From Macrostomum hystrix (Eukaryota > Animalia > Platyhelminthes), in assembly GCA_950097015.1 (NCBI GenBank), contig CATNEN010000003.1, forward strand, positions 14,074,001 to 14,138,000: a DNA stretch of 64,000 nucleotides. The letters run 5' to 3'. This document shows positions 36,743 to 47,949 of the stretch, piece by piece. Positions within the stretch are counted from its first letter, which is position 1; each line of letters opens with the position of its first letter. The notes under the pieces were generated by a model. That model was not told the DNA's origin. It worked only from the letters and a program-made list of their open reading frames with translations, and did no database searches. The position numbers and the translations under genes are program-made.

Positions 36743-37398
36743 TATATATTAGAAAATGTTTAGGTTGGTTCCGACTCAACTCGCAAACACAACCAGCTGT
36801 TCTTCGAAAAGCCTTGTAAAGAGGTGTTTTTCTTTTAAGACTGCTAATGTCGCAATTTCCGACAACGAGTAAAACAAACGAGTGAAAAAAACGAAATAAA
36901 ATAATTAGTCCTTCCACGCGAAAGTGAGTAAGCTGGGTTGAAAAGATTGCAACGCAGAACAGCGGTAATTTGAATCCTTATTTAATAAAAACAGAAATTA
37001 AAAATGGAGGTTTGCAGAAATCAATCTATTTATTGTCGGCTTACATCAAAAGGCAAATATTGCCCACAATTCCGCCTATAGATGAGTGCTTGGTGTGAAT
37101 CTGTGTGCCTTTGCACAGAACTGTCCCAGAATGTGCCCAGCGGCGGAAAAAAATAATGCCTAATTTATTGAAATTTTATGTTTCTTTACTGCTAAGCCAT
37201 CGAGTATCGAGGTATCAACTGGCCAGAATATTAATAATAATATGACGAGCTACTATTGGCAATAATAAAATAACAATGCACTGGTATTTGATTTCTGCGA
37301 AATTCAGTACCGAAATAATAACAGAATAATAAAAAAACTGAATTTTAAACAGTAAATTAATTTTTTTATAGAAGTCAAGGCGCTGCGGTCAGCCTCTA

Positions 37399-37958
37399 AT
37401 GACTCTACTGTCTACTCTACTGATTCTGCTATCTACTCTACTGACTCTGCTATCTACTCTACTGATTCTGCTGTCTACTATACTGATTCTACTGTCTACT
37501 CTACTGATTCTGCTATCTACTCTACTGACTCTGCTATCTACTCTACTGATTCTGCTATCTACTATACTGATTCTACTGTCTACTCTACTGATTCTGTTAT
37601 CTACTCTACTGATTCTGCTATCTACTCTACTGATTCTACTGTCTACTCTACTGACTCTGCTATCTACTCTACTGACTCTGCTGTCTACTCTACTGATTCT
37701 ACTGTCTACTCTACTGATTCTGCTGTCTACTCTACTGATTCTGTTATCTACTCTACTGACTCTGCTATCTACTCTACTGACTCTGCTGTCTACTCTACTG
37801 CTTCTGCTGTCTACTCTACTGACTCTGCTATCTACTCTACTGATTCTGCTGTCTACTCTACTGACTCTGCTATCTACTCTACTGATTCTGCTATCTACTC
37901 TACTGACTCTGCTATCTACTCTACTGACTCTGCTGTCTACTCTACTGATTCTACTCTA
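37399..37958. repeat. 21-bp minisatellite (TCTACTCTACTGATTCTGCTA)
   Basis: 21-bp period; ends ~35 bp from the PTK7 exon-1 donor. Confidence 0.93.
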
Positions 37959-37997
37959 GTATAGAGTAATAATTAAAACACTTTTTAATAAACTCAC

Positions 37998-38079
37998 AAT
38001 CCAGTGTGGAGACGAAGTTAGGCGAGATAAGCAACAAGCTCAATGCGATTTGAACTATCTTTGATTTCATAGTAGACAT
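37998..38079 (-). CDS. PTK7: PTK7 exon 1: start codon and signal peptide
   Basis: MSTMKSKIVQIALSLLLISPNFVSTLD plus 1 nt, then GTGAGT donor; phase 1 fits exon 2; total CDS 4047 nt, divisible by 3. Confidence 0.72.
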
Positions 38080-38629
38080 TTAATGACAGCTTTGACGAGC
38101 AGTTTTAATCAGAATCTATATTTGACAACAAAGACTTCTTATTCAGATTAGGAATCTTTTAGCATTGCTCAACTGGTCAACTGCCCACCTCTTAGAAGCT
38201 AACAGTCTTTATTTCTACTTCTTTTTTCTCACAAATGTACCCTTCTTCTCTGCTTTTAACTTTTTGCTTTGCTGGTTTTCATGCAAATTGCCGGCATCGT
38301 TGGTTGGCTGAGCGAGGTTAGAAGCAAGCGTGCTTGCCTGGTTGGCTAGATACTGAAAGGAGCTTGATGTCTCATAGGAAGGAAGGGAGAGAGGGGGGAG
38401 ACAGAAACCATAAATCAAGGACTCCAAAAGCACAGAATGCACAGTCATATCATATCCATAGACAGGGCCGCACACTGAATAGTAACTGGGCTGAAGCAGA
38501 ACTAGATTCATCCCAGACTGTTTGGGCGGCTTAATAAAATTGTATGCAAAATATAAATCTAGTAGCTGCAAATAGCTAATGCTTGATTAGTCCACTTGGG
38601 GATCATGCGAGACACTGCAGAGTGTGATT

Positions 38630-38895
38630 CTCGGGATGGGACTCTCTGGATGAGACTATCTGGATGAGACTCTCAGGATGAGACTCTTAAGATGAGACTC
38701 TTAAGATGAGACTCTTAAGATGAGACTCTCAGGATGAGATCTTTTAGAATGGGACTCTCAGGATGGGACTCTCAGGATGAGACTCTCAGGATAAGACTTT
38801 CAGGATGAGACTCTCAGGATAAGACTTTCAGGATGAGACTCTCAGGATGAGACTCTTAAGATGAGACTCTTAAGATGAGATCTTTTAGGATGAGG
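38630..38895. repeat. 14-bp minisatellite (GGATGAGACTCTCA)
   Basis: Imperfect tandem units. Confidence 0.85.
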
Positions 38896-40899
38896 TGACG
38901 CATAGAGTCAAAGTTAAGACTTTTAAGTATCAGATGGAGATGAAACCAACTACCTCTTTGAGGAAACTCTTATTTACAACATAGAAAGATAGTCAATCTA
39001 ATCTTAATTAGGTAACTAGATTTACCAAAGCCCTACCTTAGTTGCAATCCTATCCAGAGCCATCAATTGACGTACAACTATAGGTCTTACATCATTTATT
39101 ATCTATCTGGCTTGTCTGCCGTTTTTCAAACGCAGAGTTGATTAACAACTTAGGAGAGTTACGGCCGCTTAAAATAATACTGAATAGGTTAACTTTTTTA
39201 AAGGTAGGAAATCCCAGAAGGCCTACCGTGAGTTTAGCTTGTCTCGGTATACATCTACTGCACATGTTTTACATGGTATATTGTGGGCTGTCTGTGTGTG
39301 TGTGTATGCGCTGGTGGTGCCGGTGGGTCAGGGGGTATTCGCCTGACAGTTTTACAATCGCCAAAATAATGTATATGGCTTCTCCAGAACCCAGAATACA
39401 CCTTTGCCTAACAGCGCCGTAGCTTGCAAAGCTAATCTATATCGTTCATTCACATTCAAGCGGCCGGCTGTTCATTGTGGCTGCGGTGCCGCGAGAATCC
39501 TTTGATGGATGCTGCTGGCTGCTCTCCTATCTATATAGGCATTCCCTTGCGCTTCCAACAACCCCCCTCCCCTTATCTTAATAATGGTTGGCACTTCCTG
39601 ACTATATGAACAAAGTTATAATTCATTTTATACCAAAGAGATGGAGTACTCGTACTCATTAGAGGATAATGAACTGATCAATATTCAGGTGAAATTATAT
39701 TGAGTGGAGAACAGTCATAATCTTGAGAAGGAAGTTTACGATAGGAATATTGTTAGTTAAATAAGAGACAAAAATGTAAACTTTCCATTTTCCCGAGGAA
39801 AAGGAGTGAATAATTTTAATCTGCTAAATTTTGTGACAATAATTTTTCGCGACTGACGAGCAATAAAGCCTTTTTAGCACAATTTAGCACAACAATGTGC
39901 ATCCGATATGTATAGAAAACTAAATTGACGTCACGCCGATATGTATAGAAACCAAATAGACGAGATGCCGATATGTATAGAAAACGTGCAGACTTTGCTA
40001 ATGCTGATACCTTAAAATGACTCTTATATTTCTTGCGTACATCCGATATGTATAGAAAATTATTTTGCTCTTCGTCCGACAAAAACAAAACCTGACTTGA
40101 CATATGAATCGAAAGCGATATGATTAGAGGTTCGGAATAGATAACTTTCATCTCTATCGTACTAAAAATTAATGTATAAACTCTTTCACTTTATTGCATG
40201 ATCCTTTCAGAATTAGACAGACAGAAGGGAGAAATAAAAGGATTATACATAGATACGGACTCGAATAGACTCTAAAATCCCATACCAATGCGTCCCATAT
40301 CGATGCTAAACCCCAGCAGCCCTCGTATTTCTGAAGCCATTTTCTGCGACTGCCTATGAATCTTTTTTGTTACTCCACATTCCACAACACTGCCACCGAA
40401 GCAGCTAAAAACTGCATACTAGCCATTGAACTAGCCTTTCCTATCTCCCCTGTCTACCCCCTGTGTCTATTGCCAGTATCGCATTCGATTCCAACTTTTT
40501 ACCACTCTTCCCCTGACTCTTCGGAAAAACCTGATAGATACCAAAAATGCCCCCTCCCAATGGCGCTTGCAGGGATAGAGGAAAACTATAAATATTATAT
40601 CCCATACATAGCCAAAATAATGCGCGGCACTGGGTAAGAAAGGGGTTTAGGGAGAGGTGGGGAATGCCCCCTGTTTTGCATTTAAGCCTCCGCTTGCACC
40701 TCATGCCCATGGCGCTAACTCCTCCGAAATCACCATGCAGCAACTATTTGGGGCATTGTGGAGGTCTGGCTTGGCTTGGTTGAATTTTGGGACACAAGTT
40801 AAAAAAAGCCACTTCTATATACATACGAGAATATAGATCCTACACTCAAAGGCCTAGGCTGCAGTCTGCTAACTACCCCGAACTTGTGCTACCACTCTC

Positions 40900-41605
40900 T
40901 CTGTCTACCTGTCTACCTACCTCTATCTACCAAACTAAAGTGTCTGCCTATCTTTGTATACCTACTTGAATATATCTATCTACCTGTATCCATCTACCTA
41001 CCCGAATCTATCTACCTACCCGAATCTATCTACCTACCCGAATTTATCTACCTACCTGAATCTATATACCTACCTCAATCTATATACCTACCTCAATCTA
41101 TCTACCTACCCGAATCTATCTACCTACCCGAATTTATCTACCTACCTGAATCTATATACCTACCTCAATCTATATACCTACCCGAATCTATAAACCTACC
41201 CGAATCTATCTACCTACCCGAATCTATCTACCTACCCGAATCTATCTACCTACCCGAATCTATCTACCTACCCGAATCTATCTACCTACCCGAATCTATC
41301 TACCTACCCGAATCTATCTACCTACCCGAATCTATCTACCTACCCGAATCTATATACCTACCTCAATCTATATACCTACCCGAATCTATAAACCTACCCG
41401 AATCTATCTACCTACCCGAATCTATCTAACTACCTGCATCTATCTACCATAACCGAATCTATCTACCTACCCGAATCTATCTACCTACCTGCATCTATCT
41501 ACCATAACCGAATCTATCTAACTACCTGCATCTATCTACCATAACCGAATCTATCTACCTATCTGCATCTATATACCTACCTGTATCTATCTACCTACTC
41601 GAATA
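40900..41605. repeat. 18-bp minisatellite (CTACCTACCCGAATCTAT)
   Basis: 18-bp period. Confidence 0.92.
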
Positions 41606-42122
41606 TATATTATCATGTAACTAATTTTACGATTAAACTACGCATGTGCATAGGACCGTCTGTCTAAAGTAAACATTTAATACCCAAACAACAGCACAGA
41701 AGATGCACAACAGCACTAAAATCATACCGTCAATTTTTTCCCACAATCTACGATTCCGAAAATGCCAACTCTTTGGCCACCATTTTTTATAGCATTTATG
41801 CCCCACTGAGCTAACAGTGCTAAACTATAAGCTATAGTTATTTGCGTATCTATATGGGAATAAATATGACTTTTTTAGTAGAAAACTAAACTAAAAAATG
41901 GCCAGATGTTATCTAAGAAGTGTTTTCGTTAAAATCGCATCTCAGAACTATAGTTAATGAATTGCTTTTAAAGACTAAAAAAACGAAAAAAAGAAAAAAC
42001 GAAAAAAAGACTCATAAAAAAATCTTTTGTTTATACTATTTTTACAAGACTACCTATAAAATCCATTTCAATTTGGAGTGGACCCTTCAATGTAGATAAT
42101 TTATATATTTCAAATAAAGAAA

Positions 42123-42317
42123 GAGGTTGTAGCCTAGTGGTTAGGGTGTAGAACTCATGGCTTGAAGGTCGGGGGTTCGAATCCCGATTCAACTGAAACA
42201 AACTGTGTCCCTTAGTAAGACACTTAACTCTGCATTGCTTGAGTTCACCCAGCTGTTAAATGGGCACTAGCATTAGCTGGGATAATTGAAGTTGGCAGGT
42301 GCTTGTGGCGTGTGGCG
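42123..42317 (+). mobile_element. tRNA-derived SINE
   Basis: Pol III A box TAGCCTAGTGG (42130-40) and B box GGTTCGAATCC (42174-84), followed by TGTGTCCCTTAGTAAGACACTTAAC and CACCCAGCTGTTAAATGGG typical of SINE bodies; no complete tRNA cloverleaf. Confidence 0.75.
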
Positions 42318-43385
42318 GGTAGAAGGATGGAAGGGGTAGAAGAATGGAAGGGGTAGAAGGGTGGAAGGGTAGAAGAATGGAAGGGTAGAAGAATGGAAGG
42401 GGTAGAAGGGTGGAAGGGTAGAAGGATGGAAGGGTAGAAAGAATGGAAGGGTAGAAGAATGGAAGGGGTAGAAGGGTGGAAGGGTAGAAGAATGGAAGGG
42501 GTAGAAGGGTGGAAGGGTAGAAGAATGGAAGGGGTAGAAGGGTGGAAGGGTTGAAGAATGGAAGGGGTAGAAGGGTGGAAGGGTAGAAGGATGGAAGGGT
42601 AGAAGAATGGAAGGGGTAGAAGGGTGGAAGGGTAGAAGGATGGAAGGGTAGAAGAATGGAAGGGGTAGAAGGGTGGAAGGGTAGAAGAATGGAAGGGTAG
42701 AAGAATGGAAGGGTAGAAGAATGGAAGGGGTAGAAGGGTGGAAGGGTAGAAGGATGGAAGGGTAGAAAGAATGGAAGGGTAGAAGAATGGAAGGGGTAGA
42801 AGGGTGGAAGGGTAGAAGAATGGAAGGGGTAGAAGGGTGGAAGGGTTGAAGAATGGAAGGGGTAGAAGGGTGGAAGGGTAGAAGAATGGAAGGGTAGAAT
42901 AATGGAAGGGGTAGAAGGGTGGAAGGGTAGAAGGGTGGAAGGGTAGAAGAATGGAAGGGGTAGAAGGGTGGAAGGGTAGAAGGATGGAAGGGTAGAAAGA
43001 ATGGAAGGGGTAGAAGGAGAGAATGGGTAGAAGGATGAAAGGGGTAGAAGAATGGAAGGGGTAAAGGGAGAAAAGGGGTAGAAGAATGGAAAGGGTAGAA
43101 GGAGAAAAGGGGTAGAGGAATGGAAAGGGTAGAAGGAGAAAAGGGGTAGAAGGATGAAAGGGGTAGAAGAATGGAAGGGGTAAAAGGAGAAAAAGGGTAG
43201 AAGAATGGAAGGGGTAGAAGGAGAGAAGGGGTAGAAGGATGGAAGGGGTAAAAGGATGGAAGGGGTAGAAGGATGAAAGGGGTAGAAGGAGAGAAGGGGT
43301 AGAAGGATGGAAGGGGTAGAAGGAGAGAAGGGGTAGAAGGATGGAAGGGGTAGAAGGAGAGAAGGAGTAGAAGGATGGAAGGGTT
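42318..43385. repeat. Purine/G-rich minisatellite (GGAAGGGTAGAAGAAT-like, 16-17 bp)
   Basis: About 1.05 kb almost devoid of C on the + strand. Confidence 0.92.
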
Positions 43386-44179
43386 AAAAGGTTTACAAAT
43401 GTTATTCTGAAGCATTTGGTGTCATCAACACTAACAATCTCGTATCATATCAGCCTTGCTATTTGAATCAATCTCAAAGATTTCAAACTTATAGGCACCA
43501 ATAGAAAGCATTTGATCTCTCACGTATCTAGGGACTCGTGATTTGCGTAGCAACAAAAAATGAAATGTGTTTCTTTAACACCGAATTAACACCGAATGGC
43601 TTCCATTATTTACCAAGACTTTAGCAGATTTTTTCAATTGATTTTTTTAACCTAAAACTGGAGCACGAATTTAAACAAACAAACCAGAAGCAGATGTTGC
43701 CGATTTTGTAGATTTCATTTAGTTAGATCCCTCAAAGGGAATAAATGTGTGCAAAGATCAGCTTTCATATTCAACCACTACAAGTGCTGGGCACAGACAT
43801 GTGTCTGGAACTAGATCCGTCTCCGGATAAATAATTGCATTGCTTAGGAATCCTTTTTTGGAAGGAAAAGAAAATGATGAATCGATTCAATGAGAAGGGA
43901 ATAGAATGAAGCAATTGCCGGACTAGCTGTACAGCTTCGGGAAAAAGAGAAATTAAGAGTGTTGAATGCTTAAGACAACACGAAATAACAAATAAACGGC
44001 ATGCTATAGGATTATTTTACAAAAAAATATTATTGAAGTACTACAAGTAAGTCGAGTGTAAATAAAAACTGTTATACTCGTAGATTCAAATATAATTTAT
44101 TCAATTTTGTTGTTTAGTGATCAACCGGCTCTGCTCAAAGTTCGTAATCCAGACAAAATATTTGAAACAGTAGTTCAGA

Positions 44180-45420
44180 TTTCGGAATCTCATTTCTCAA
44201 TTCGGAATCTCAGTCCTCAATTCGGAATCTCATTCCTCAATTCGGAATCTCATTTCTCAATTCGGAATCTCATTCCTCAATTCGGAATCTCATTTCTCAA
44301 TTCGGAATCTCATTTCTCAATTCGGAATCTCAATCCTCAATTTTGAATCTCATTTCTCAATTCGGAATCTCAGTCCTCAATTCGGAATCTCATTCCTTAA
44401 TTCGGAATCTCATTTCTCAATTCGGAATCTCATTCCTCAATTCGGAATCTCATTTCTCAATTCGGAATCTCATTTCTCAATTCGGAATCTCAATCCTCAA
44501 TTTTGAATCTCATTCCTCAATTCGGAATCTCATTCCTCAATTCGGAATCTCAATCCTCAATTCGGAATCTCATTCCTCAATTTTGAATCTCATTCCTCAA
44601 TTTTGAATCTCATTCCTCAATTTTGAATCTCATTCCTCAATTCGGAATCTCATTTCTCAATTCGGAATCTCAGTCCTCAATTCGGAATCTCATTCCTCAA
44701 TTCGGAATCTCAATCCTCAATTCGGAATCTCATTCCTCAATTTTGAATCTCATTCCTCAATTCGGAATCTCATTCCTCAATTCGGAATCTCATTTCTCAA
44801 TTCGGAATCTCATTCCTCAATTCGGAATCTCATTTCTCAATTCGGAATCTCATTTCTCAATTCGGAATCTCAATCCTCAATTTTGAATCTCATTTCTCAA
44901 TTCGGAATCTCAGTCCTCAATTCGGAATCTCATTCCTCAATTCGGAATCTCATTTCTCAATTCGGAATCTCATTCCTCAATTCGGAATCTCATTTCTCAA
45001 TTCGGAATCTCATTTCTCAATTCGGAATCTCAATCCTCAATTTTGAATCTCATTCCTCAATTCGGAATCTCATTCCTCAATTCGGAATCTCAATCCTCAA
45101 TTCGGAATCTCATTCCTCAATTTTGAATCTCATTCCTCAATTTTGAATCTCATTCCTCAATTTTTAATCTCATTCCTCAATTCGGAATCTCATTTCTCAA
45201 TTCGGAATCTCAGTCCTCAATTCGGAATCTCATTCCTCAATTCGGAATCTCAATCCTCAATTCGGAATCTCATTCCTCAATTTTGAATCTCATTCCTCAA
45301 TTCGGAATCTCATTCCTCAATTCGGAATCTCAATCCTCAATTCGGAATCTCATTCCTCAATTTTGAATCTCATTCCTCAATTCGGAATCTCATTCCTCAA
45401 TTCGGAATCTCATTCGTCAA
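44180..45420. repeat. 20-bp minisatellite (TTCGGAATCTCATTCCTCAA) with a 540-bp higher-order duplication
   Basis: 20-bp period; variant pattern at ~44220-44760 recurs 540 bp later. Confidence 0.95.
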
Positions 45421-45904
45421 TCTTAGACTTAAAGTGGAAGCAATTTCGGCAATTTATTTTCGCCAATGAGTAGTACAGACAAGTGTTGAACAAAAACTTC
45501 CAGACAAAGCAAATGCTGTCTAGATATGTAAGAATTGCGCAAACTGCAATAAATCTTTGAGCAAATTGAGTGCTTGGGAGATTACAGTACAAAGTTTGTC
45601 TGTGAACTTGTTTGTTCGGCTGTCTGTCTGTCTGATTAGAAGCATTGCTGTATTGCTGTAGTCAAAGGCATTAAATTTATTACAAGAGCTAACGTGTACA
45701 ATGAGAAATTCAGATTTCCTGGATTGATCTAACCGGAGCACGCTAGATTTCGATGGATTTTCTAGAAGCTACTAATGAGTAGAATTGCAGAAATGTTTTG
45801 CACAAAACATTTCGTTTAGTCATTTTATGCCTATGCTTAAGGTGCTTGTACTCGTATCTTAAATCCGTACGGGATATTCCAGTTAAAAAGTTACATTTAT
45901 CCAA

Positions 45905-46010
45905 TCCTATCGGGAAATCCCTATCGGGAAATCCCTATCGGGAAATCCCTATCGGGAAATCCCTATCGGGAAATCCCTATCGGGAAATCCCTATCGGGAA
46001 ATCCCTATCA
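45905..46010. repeat. 14-bp perfect minisatellite (CCCTATCGGGAAAT), ~7 copies
   Basis: Direct inspection. Confidence 0.92.
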
Positions 46011-46914
46011 GGAGATCTCTAATCCCCAATCCATTTAGAAATCTCAGTCAGGATATATCTTTTTGAATAGTGTCCAAAAATCGTGAATCCAATTTTGAAA
46101 ATTCTTTAATAAGATATTTCTTCCTGGGAAAATACTTTATGGGAAATCTTGGTTGGGAAATCGCAGTTGAAAAGTCCTAGTGAGAAAATTCAATGCGGAA
46201 TTCGTGTTGAAATATATATATTTGAGAATACGTAAATATAAGTAAATCACAAACTCCAGTGGGATTCTTTGGATTCGGTGTGATTCAATGAATTTTCTTT
46301 GTATTGTTTTTTAGATAAAAAAGAAATGTTTTTAACACTTTACTCAAAGTAGCATAGGCAGCATTTTAGCTAACAACGAAACAAGCAAGTGAAATGACAC
46401 CAGAAAACTAGATGGCACGCGAATCTCATAGAAAATCTGCACAGTTTGTTTGTCTAACTAATCGAGCGACTCGGCAGCCGCATAATAAGGCACAAATTTT
46501 CCTTTATACCAAAGCAAAGTTTTACTTCCAAAAGCAAATGTTCTTCCAAGATAGAAAATACAGTCAAAACTTACATATAAACTCTCATGGATATAAGCCT
46601 GCAGAATTCGATTCGCAATAAACAGATCCACTGATCCTTCTCTTAATCCAAGAAAAGCAAAGTAGATCCCCAGAGGTTAAGAGGAGGCCACAAGAGCTTC
46701 TTTCGAGGTTAAAGGGATTATGGAACAAGTCAGACCGCGTAACCCAATTTCACAGATAAGAAGACGGAATCTCAAGTGGGGACAAATCTGATTTTGCAAT
46801 TGCATCTCTGCTTCTTATATTACTGAACGCACTGATTTGGAAAGAAAAAAGTTCTAGAACAATATTAAATGCATACCCATCTAAAATGAACAGTTTTTAC
46901 TTCAAATAATCATC

Positions 46915-47366
46915 TGATTTCACTCTAAAACGTGTCACTCAAAATATTTCACTCTAAACTTGTCACTCAAAATATTTCACTCTAAACTTGTCACTCCAGA
47001 TATTTCACTCTAAACTTGTCACTTCAGATATTTCACTCTAAACTTGTCACTTAAGATATTTCACTCTAAACTTGTCACTCCAGATATTTCACTCTAAACT
47101 TGTCACTCTAGATATTTAACTCTAAACTTATCACTCCAGATATTTCACTCTAAACTTGTCACTTCAGATATTTCACTCTAAACTTGTCACTCCAGATATT
47201 TCACTCTAAACTTGTCACTCAAAATATTTCACTATAAACTTGTCACTCAAGATATTTCTCTCTAAACTTGTCACTCAAAATATTTCCTTCTGAACTTGTC
47301 ACTCAAGATATTTCACTCTAAACTTGTCACTCCAGATATTTCACTCTAAACTTGTCACTTCAGATA
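46915..47366. repeat. 28-bp satellite (ATATTTCACTCTAAACTTGTCACTCAAG), left part, interrupted by Helitrons
   Basis: Last unit breaks at ...CAGATA and resumes in register at 57366 TTTCACTC. Confidence 0.95.
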
Positions 47367-47949
47367 TCCACTATACTAAAAATGAAATGGTTGGTTGGTT
47401 GGTTGTAATTGATTTTTTCCTGAACGGCTCAACCGATTTTCACCATTCTTCACCAAAAGATGCTAAATATGGGGACAATTATACACGTATTTTTATTAAG
47501 CTTAACTTTATTGCTAAAGGGATTAAATATTCGAAAAACATGATTTTTTCAAAGGTCAAACCATCTTGGCCTATTGAGAATTTCACTGACAGCCACTGAA
47601 TTAGAATTGCATCGTCAAATTGCGCAACAACCCCTAGCTGATTGAATTTGAAGCCTGCACTCTGGAGACAAATTGGAAATAAATGTACACAACCAACCGC
47701 GAGACTGAGTGTACTCTATTTTCTTACTTCATTGTACAAAGCCAGAACTTTGAGAATTCATTTTATAAGGCTGATTTTTGCACCCACTAACCAACAGTCG
47801 GAATAGCCGATGTGTAGGCACTAGGAATAGGTTAGGCTAGGCTAGGGTTCGATTCTGCACTGCGTCAAATCATTTAGACTAATTTTCAGCCAGTAGTGAT
47901 TGAAGAGTATTTTAATTTATTTTTTCATTTCGTAAATAAAATATCATAA

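Noticed and set aside
37399-37959. 186-aa Leu-rich membrane-like ORF
   Set aside because: Translation of a 21-bp minisatellite
39300-39600. GC-richer patch with a TATATAG sequence, possible PTK7 promoter or non-coding first exon
   Set aside because: Plausible position but not distinguishable from background without transcript data
40240-40760. Possible decayed LINE 3' fragment on the minus strand
   Set aside because: Only a vague resemblance; no convincing RT or zinc-knuckle motif
42123-42200. Functional tRNA gene
   Set aside because: Acceptor stem does not pair and the sequence continues into a SINE body; called as a SINE
47845-47856. GGTTCGATTC B-box-like motif inside the Helitron
   Set aside because: Not conserved in copy 2 (GGTTCGATTT) and no convincing A box
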